Under the pieces are notes generated by a model. That model searched no databases. It was not told the DNA's origin and worked only from the letters and a program-made list of their open reading frames with translations. The position numbers were made by a program, and so were the translations under genes. From NCBI GenBank assembly GCA_030265395.1, contig JARFYF010000059.1, positions 16,433,206 to 16,497,205 on the forward strand: a DNA stretch of 64,000 nt, given 5' to 3'. Each line of letters begins with the position of its first letter. Within the stretch, counting starts at the first letter, position 1. The DNA is from Rhina ancylostomus (Eukaryota). Below are positions 51,901 through 60,900 of the stretch, piece by piece.

Positions 51901-54900
51901 TATGACCATCAGTCTCACTGTCATTCTCATTGAATCAACCAATGAAATCACATATGGATTGCCCATCATGGTCACATTGATGGTATGTCTGCTCGGGGGG
52001 CAGGGTGGGGATTGGGTTCCTCAGTATGTGCTGGTAGAGGTCAATGATATGGTAATAATCTTGCAGTCATCTTGTGAAGAAAGTTCGAACTGTTATGGTT
52101 AGTTGGATTCTGTTGGAATTTAGAGTAAGCAATGACTTGATTGAAATATTTAACATCCTGGGGGGTTTGGGTGGATGTAGCGAGGATCTTTCTGTTTGTG
52201 GGAAAATATAGAATTTGAGGTCAATGTTTAAATAAGCGTTGCCTATTTTAGACAAATGAAATGAATTATTTTCCTCTTGGGGTCATCTGTCTTTGAAACT
52301 CTTCCTCAAAGGCTGTTTGAAGCAGAGTCTTTGGACATTTTTAAGGCAGAAATAGATGGATTCTTGATGTGCAAGGGAGTGAAAGGTTACCAGCAATAGA
52401 CAGGAATGTGTGGATGAGGTTACAATTGGATTAGTCTTGATCTTACTGAATGGCAGAGCAGGCTTGCAGGTCTGAGTGCCCTACCCTTCCTGATTTGTAT
52501 GTTCGTATATAAATGTTGAGCGCAAGGTTCAGACTGGAATAGTGGTACTGTGTGTTAGAATTAGCTGTAACTTTATGCATTCCCAATTGTAGCTGTGCTT
52601 CCCAGTGATTGGTATCTCCAGAGCTACTGTTTCAGTGAATAGGAAGCTGTCTTGTGGGCTATGGAGTCATGAGACTGTGGTAAATAAAAGTTACGTTTGA
52701 TCTGCAAGGTACCAAATGCTACTAACTTTTGACATCAGGTAAGTTTAATCAAAGACTTCCATCTTTCTTCCTCTCCATGTTTTCTCCAGGTGGCAAAGTG
52801 GACAGGCGATTTCTTCAATAAAGGAATTTACGACCTGCATGTGGCACTTCGTGGTGTCCCATTGCTTGAATGGGAAACTGAGGCTGAAATGGATAAGTAG
52901 GTGTTTATCATTTAAGACTCCTGCACTATCCTGTCTGTTTTTGTCAAATAGTTGGTGTAATCAATGAATTGATGAGCAATTGATTAGGTTTGATTTGAAA
53001 TAATGGTTTGCCCATTTCAGAGAGATGCATGTTACACCAATATCTGGTTCTGAGAATCAATTATTCATCTTCACTGAATCCCTCTGATCTACTTGTTGCA
53101 ATTCATTAGTTCAATGTGTTGTTAGAGACTTCATTAATGGTATGGAGAAAGAAATCCAGGGGAAGTTTTTGAGTCTTTAGTATTTGCTGATGCAGCAGGT
53201 GTCTGGGCTTTTGCAGAATAACATGATGGTTGCATTAGGGGTTCCCTCCCTGAGTCAAACTTAGTTTTGCAATTTTACTTTGGGCACATTGTAAGTGGTG
53301 GGACTGCGCAGTGGCTCTGGACTGGATATCTGCTGAGGCATTGTAAAATAAATCCCAATTTGAAAGACTGGAATTTGATTGTCTTTATGTTCAATTGCAG
53401 GTTGACGGCCAGTGATATCATGGAGCCAAATCTAACCTATGTCTATCCTCATACCCGAATCCAATCATTGGTCAGTATTTTGCGCACCACCGCACATCAC
53501 GCATACCCTGTTGTCACAGAAAACAGAGGGAATGAGAAGGAGTTCATGAAAGGAAACATCCTCATCAGCAACAACATTAAGTTTAAGGTAAATCTACATT
53601 AGTGTGATATCAGCACAGCAAATCCAAGCATGGTGCAAGTAACATCACCTATATCTCAGATAGCGTTGGAGAATGGTCTCTAGTGGCAAATTAGAGTATA
53701 ACTAAGACATTGAGGTAATACCAATGGACAATGATGCGTTCTAACTGTAGGATGATATTGGGAAACAAAGTGATGTTGACGGAAAGCCAAGTAGTGGGAT
53801 TATATTTGGAAGCAATGGGCCAAATCACTGAACTAATGAAGAAACTTAAAAAAATAACTTTGTCCCAAAGCCCTTGATAACCAGTAGTTTGAAGAACAGC
53901 CACTGTTAAGACATAAAAAATGCAGCAGCCTATGTAGGTATATCGAGCTCCCTAAAACAGAAACAGGATGAATTATCAAGTGATCTGTTTTGATGCAACT
54001 GAATCATAAATATTTATTCCAGAAAACAACATAAGCTACAGTACTTTTGTGTGAAATGATCATTTGCAGACTATTGTCTATTGATTGACCCTTTCCTAGG
54101 CTGAATGGATGCTGATTTACTGATGGNNNNNNNNNNNNNNNNNNNNNNNNNNNNNNNNNNNNNNNNNNNNNNNNNNNNNNNNNNNNNAAGGGGGGGAGAT
54201 AAATGCAGGTGTGAAATTGGGAAGAAAGTTTGGGAGGTAGAGGAAAGAGGTTGGAAAAATAAGGAAGTAGTTTGATGATGGTTAATGGTGTACAGCAATG
54301 TAAAGGCTCTAGGAAATATGAGATGAAAACAGAAAATACTGGAATTACTCAGTAAGTCAGGCAGTATGCCCCTTAGGGAAGCAAAATTAGCATTTCAGGT
54401 AAATTACTTCCTGCTCCACAGATCTGAGTTTTTCCAGCATTCTTTTTCAAATTTCTAGCATCTGCAGTTTTTTGGCTTTGGGAAATAAGAGATGAGTTGA
54501 GAACAAAGACACTTAGAAGTGTATGATATTGCTGAAATATAGTTTAAAGGAGGACAGGAGCAGCAGTTGAACTTCTCTGTTTACAAGATTTTCAGAGAAA
54601 TGGTAGTTCAAAAGAGGTGGTGCGAGCAGTGTTGCAACTGGTTAACATATCACTTCACATAGTTGAAATTGTTAATGTGCTAGAAAGAATAATTGATGAG
54701 ACCATGATGGTTGAACTGAAAAACAAGGGGCAAATATAACAAGTATTAACTACAGATCCCTGAGCAAGATAGAGGGAGATAGGAGAACCAATATATAGAC
54801 AAATCTTTGAAAAGTACAAAGCCAAGAAAAGTAGATTTTGGCTACCCAAACATTAACTGAGTGTGAAATTATGTGTAAGTAATGAAGAATATGGAATTCT

Positions 54901-57900
54901 TAAAATGCGTTCTGGCAAGCTTTAGTTGGTACAGTATGTCGTCAGCTCAAATGCAGAATTTGGTATTGGGCAAGTGGGAGGAGTAATAAAGGAGGGAGTG
55001 GAAAGGTTGCATTTTGGGGTAGTGACTGTAGTGCAGATGGATTTAACATACTTAAAGAAAATGGAAATGATAAACACAAAAAAAAACTTCTGAACTAGGG
55101 AAAGACCAATTCCACAGATGTGATCTGGCGAAAATAACTGGATATGGCTCCTTGCAGCTAAATCCACAGCAGTGGGACTTTCATTTTCACGCTATTTCCT
55201 ATTAATGGTCCATAACTGGATAATTAGTGAAATGATTACTGAGGAGTTAATGCTTTTGAACCAGAAGATGTAGTCCGGAGCTTGATGCCTGAATGTAGCA
55301 GAAGCAGATTTCATTTTAACAAATAAAAGTTTTAAAAAAAATCAAACTGGAGATGCTGGAAATCTAAAACAAAAAATAACAATGCTGGAAATATTCAGCA
55401 GTTCAGCTGACAAAGGAAGGCTAATTCTGTTTCTTTTCCCACAGATGCTGCCTGACCAGCTGAGTAATTCCTGCGTTTTCTGTTCTCATTTCTAAAAATG
55501 TGTGAAATCTGAGGCCTACAACTTGGGGGGGGAGGGAGGGGGGGGTGGAAAGAGGAGGAGAGTGGGAAATTGGTTGGATAACTTCCGTGGCTGACAAGTC
55601 AAAATGGGCCAAATAGCAATCTACTGCACCTGAGATTTCTATGATTTCATTAAATTCCTTGCAGTAGTGATGGTAGCCACCAGAGTGTGCCTGTGATCTA
55701 TCACTCCTGGGTTTTTCCTCATCTTTCATCTTCTTGAAGTTCACTTCTACAATCGCTTGCATATTTTCAAACCACTTGTCAATTACATACTTTAATTTCT
55801 CTTTTTTTTTGTTCGTGTTACTGAGTATCTGAAAGAAATAAAGATACTAACAATTACAAAAATTTTTCTTGCTTCCAACCCCTTTTCCATTGACTTTCAT
55901 CTCATATTGCTCTCACTGTCAATCCCAAAACTATATCTCTTTGATTTATATTGAGTAACATGCGAAGAGAACACAGAAAAAGTGATGTTGGGATGTGATT
56001 TCCTATCAGTTGCTTGCTTGAAGCATGCACTGAGAGGATGAGAAAGTGTTTTATCAATTTGCATTTTCATTATGCATCATACATAATATTTACATGCTTT
56101 ACAAACTGACCTCTCTCTTTTTAATTATTTAAAAATTCTTTCCACTGTAGAAATCTATGTAAATCCTTATCAAAAAAATTGTCAGTGGTTTCAAACAAAT
56201 TTACTTTCAAGCATACTTTGATCTGAATGACCTTGGTGTTATTAGGACTACTGGGATTTTGAATATTCATGTAGTGTATTTTTAAAAAGCAGCCAGTGGA
56301 CGACTTCTGAGCCAATCATAAGACACCATCTTAATTTTTTGAAAGCAGAGCTTGGAATGTTATATACATTTAATACGGGGGACAAAAGAACACTTAATTT
56401 TATATAACGTCTTTCATGATTTCAATGTCATAAAATACTCCATGTTCCATTAAGTAGTTTTGAATGCATTGCCTACATTACAGCAGTGATTGTTGTGGCA
56501 GACAGTTTACTCAATCCAGTGTTAGTTGAAGAATAAATATTGGGTTGAGCACTAGGAAAGAAATTCCCTGACTTTAAATAGTAGCTTTGGAATTTTTTAT
56601 GCCTACTTGGGAGGGCTTACCTGAAGGGCAGCATATCAGTACTACACTGGGAGAGTTGGTGTGGATAATGCACTAAATTCTCTGGAGTGGGACCACAATC
56701 ATCTGATTTGACAGTCGGTGTGTTGCCATGGAGTCATGGCTGCAGGTTTTTACCATCTGCTTATATAATATAATTGGATTTAAAGATGTAGCCACTGGAT
56801 AAAAGCAGACTTTAAAATACCTTTATCTTAAACTTAATTTTTTTGTTTAGCAAGGGGTTATGCAAGGATTTGGGGTTGTTGACCACAAACAGTGTCACTG
56901 TGTCATCAGTTTTATAGACTTCTGTTTACTTTTTTTTGTGTGTCGAGGTTCACTGTTTCATTATTGCAGAAATCAAGTATACTGACTCGGGCTGGAGAAC
57001 AATACAAGCGGAGCCAGTCAATGAAATCCTACCCATCGAGTGAGCTGAGGAATGTTTGTGATGAACTGGTGAATGCTGAGGTTGCTGAGGATGGAGAGGA
57101 CATTTTGCAGCAAATGCTGGAGCGTAGGTTGGTGTAGTTGATTCATCCATTTGTTTATTTTGGAGTCCACCTTCTCACTATAATCAAGTTAAATCACTTA
57201 AACATTTAGACTAGTAGCTTGCTGGGTCAGTGTTTTAGTGGACAGCTCCTGATAATACACCTCATTCAGTTGTGATGTATGGGGAATTAGTTTCCTTGTG
57301 TTCTGCCTGCATGTCTGTAATACTGTATCTTGGGGGTTGAAAACAGATCTGATCTTCTCACTATTTTAGAGAATTAGAGAGGAAACATTTAAATTTAATT
57401 ATAACTTCTTGATGGTGAGTGGCAGGCAACTGATGCTGATGTTTATGATAACCTATCAACTCTAAAGTGTCTCAAACTGATGGAGTTTGAACCATGCCTC
57501 TGCACGTGTAGCAAATGGGTTAGTTCCCTTACTGGACTGCAGTCTGTGATGGATGAGTGTAGAAACATTTGGGTGATATAAGTGAGAAATTCTTCACCTT
57601 TGTCCTATGTGACACAACTTTGCTTTATCATCAAGTGAACTGTCTGGTAGTCTAAGGCCATCTAAAGTGAAGTGAATAAAATACTTTCTTTGAAGTAGTT
57701 TTTGAAGAAGCATTAGTTATTGTTTAAATAGCTGACTCGGGATCATGCCATGGGCTGTTTTGAAAGTTTGTGCAATGAGTTTCTAATGCAGGAAAAGGTT
57801 TTTGTAATTATGTTTGAGATGTACAGTATATGTTATCTTAATTTTTACACCATAACCAGTGAGATTCTTTTAAGTAATATCTTGTTCAATTGTGAGCACG

Positions 57901-60900
57901 TTTCGGTGATTTGTAATTATCCTGTTCAACCTTGTATGTGTACTCGCTCAGTTACTGAATATTGTTTGTGCAGGCATGTCCCTTATCCAAATCTTTATCC
58001 TGACCAATCTCCCAGTGAGGACTGGACAATGGAGGAGCGCTTTCGACCTTTAACTTTTCATGGCCTTATTCTGAGATCGCAGCTGGTTACCTTGCTAGTA
58101 CGTGGGGTTTGCTACTCAGAGACCCATTCAGTAAGTGCATGCAAATGTTGCCTTTCTGCTATTTTTTAAAAAAACTGAATTTTAATAAATATGCTGAGCA
58201 AATATTTGTAACTTTCATGGAATGTTTTTGAGCAAAGGATCGTCTCCCAGAGTTAGAAGTCACTAGTTCCTAGGACTGATATGTAATAGGTTAGGTTGAG
58301 TTATTTTGCACCTTTTTGAAATTGTATTGAGACAGCCATGAAGGAACAACATAGTACGTTAACTAGGGAAGGTTGTTTAGTTGCATGTCAGGAGAAGACA
58401 AATGTAAAATTTTTTTTTAAAGGGTTATTAAGCAAGCAGGAAAATATCTAAAGGCCACAAACTCCATGAATGTTACTGAAATAATCAATAATTAATTCCC
58501 AGTGTAGAGTAGCAAACAGAAAGCACAGTGTTTAACTATGTGGCACTGAAGTGTTGAAGAAACAAAGGCTGCTCTCTGGGGTCACAGGTCTGTATGAAAT
58601 GTTTTATATTTTGTGCCTTGGAAAGAGGTATCTACAAGTAAACCAAATGCATAAAGTGGAGTAGCATTTTGAAGTAGGAAATAAGCTAAGGCACAAATGA
58701 GCAGTCAGCCACAAATGAGGAAATGAGTAAATTTTGGTCCCACCTCTTGAGCCATTCACACAATTGATTCTCTAGTGGTATTGGGAGGAGGAAAAGTAGT
58801 GTTTGCTTGTGGAACATTTACAGCAAAAGTGTGGAAATAGGAATTATTCTCGTAAGGTAAGTTGGAAAAAAATACTAAATAGCGCTTCTCACCTCTAGTT
58901 AATGTTTTAATCTTTTCTTTTACTCTATTTCTGGGCAACTTGTCTCAATCTTGCTCTGTATGCATTTCAGAGTTCAACACAACCACGGCTATCATACTCT
59001 GAAATGACTGAAGATTATCCACGATACCCCGATGTTCATGACCTCGATCTGACCCTCCTCAATCCGCGTATGATTGTGGTAAGTGTTCATGTTGGTTTCA
59101 AGTAGAACGATGACCGGCATTCTGTCCAAGATAGAGGTTCTGTTCCTCCAGTTTGTGCTTGGACTTCTGGCAGTGGAGGAGGCTGAGGACTGACATATAT
59201 TTGGTGGAGGGAGAGTTGAAGTGACTGGCAACTGGGAGATGCAGATTGTGGTTACGGATGGAGTGCAAGTGTTCTGCAAAACGGTCACCTAATCTGTGTT
59301 TGCCCTCACTAATGTAGAGGAGGCCACACTTGGAGCACCAAATGCAGTAGATGATTTTAAGGGAGGTGCAGGTAAATCTGTCTCACCTGAAAGGACTGTT
59401 TGGGTCCCTGGATGGAGGTGGTGTAGGGGCAAGTGCCGCACCTGTGGCGGGGGCAGTGGCAAGTCTCTGGGGTGGGAAGGGAGGAGTGAATTAGGGGTTC
59501 ACGGAGAGAGCAGTCCCTGTGAAAGGCAGAAAGGGGTGGGGAATGGAAGGTGGGGTGGAGGTGAGAGCAGAGTGCGGGAAATGGCAGAGATGCAGGTGCG
59601 AGCTCTCTCGACCACGGTAGGGGGGGATGCCACTGTTAGTAAAGAAGTTACTGGATGTCCTGGAGTGGAAAGCCTCATTATGGGAGCAGATGAGGAGAAA
59701 TTGAGAAAAAGGAATAGTTTCCTTACAAGAGACAGGGTTGGAGGAGCTGTAATTGAGGTAGCTGTGAGGGTCAGAGGGTTTATAGACGATGTCAATGGAT
59801 CAGGAATCTCCTGAGATGGCAAGATTGAGGAAGGGGNNNNNNNNNNNNNNNNNNNNNNNNNNNNNNNNNNNNNNNNNNNNNNNNNNNNNNNNNNNNNNNN
59901 NNNNNNNNNNNNNNNNNNNNNNNNNNNNNNNNNNNNCAGCCCTGAAGAAGGGTCCTGACCCAAAATGTTGACTGCCTGCTTTTCTCCACGGATGCTGCCT
60001 GGCCTGCTGAGTTTCTCCAGGATCATAGTGTCTTTCATCTAGATTCCAGCATCTGCAATCCTTTGTTTCTTTAATCTGAGCTCTGCTTTTATTTGTTGTC
60101 ACTGACAATCTTGAATGTTGCATCTTTCAACCCATTAAAAAGAAAAATCTGTGTGTAGATATAAATGTAAATAGGCTGAGCAACTGGTATCTCCTGAGTT
60201 GTACAGTGATTAATGAGAATTTGACTTTACAGAATAGTCTCTATTTAATTTAGATCTTTTGATTTAGTGGGAGATTCCCATACTACCCTCATGCAGCTTT
60301 CCTGCATTTATAGACCTCTACTGACGCAGAACTTAATGTAACTAGAGTCAGGCAGAGCAGGCTTGTGCTTCATCTGGTTCTCATGCTGTTAAGTCATATT
60401 CTGAGACCTTGAACTTGGGCACATGGATCTGTGTACTGATAGAATGCATTAAATTATTGCATCCTCTAGCTAAGAAAAGAAAGTCAACTGAGCACATTCA
60501 AAGGTGCTTTAAATAGAATTTGTATGATGCATAACAGCAGCAAACTCAGTAGAAACACAACTAAGAATATTTGAATATCTGAAGTGACCTACTGTGGGAT
60601 TTATCTGAGATTTTCAAGCCTCAGGTTAAGGTTCATAAATATTTGCTGACCATTCAAAAGTAAATAAATTTTTGGAACAAGATTTTATAAATTTGCATTC
60701 TAATATTTTATGAAATGAAATTTATGTAATTTGTGGTGTTTTATATGAATCTTGTATCTGAGGACGTCGCCTATTGGATCATTTGTTCAGTTCTGGTTGC
60801 CTCATTATAGGAAGGATGTGGAAGTGTTGGAAAGGGTGCAGAGGAGATTTATCAGGATGCTGCCTGGTTTGGAGAGTATGCATTATGAGGAGAGACTAAG

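Noticed and set aside
39787-52835. Possible altered ion-transport residues in ClC-6
   Set aside because: GSGIP Ser, GKEGP gating Glu, LEEG proton Glu, ITYG Tyr and GIYD Tyr are all standard; no sign of channel conversion.
59296-60038. 172-aa and 179-aa ORFs
   Set aside because: Off-frame or antisense readings of a decayed Penelope-like element, partly spanning Ns.
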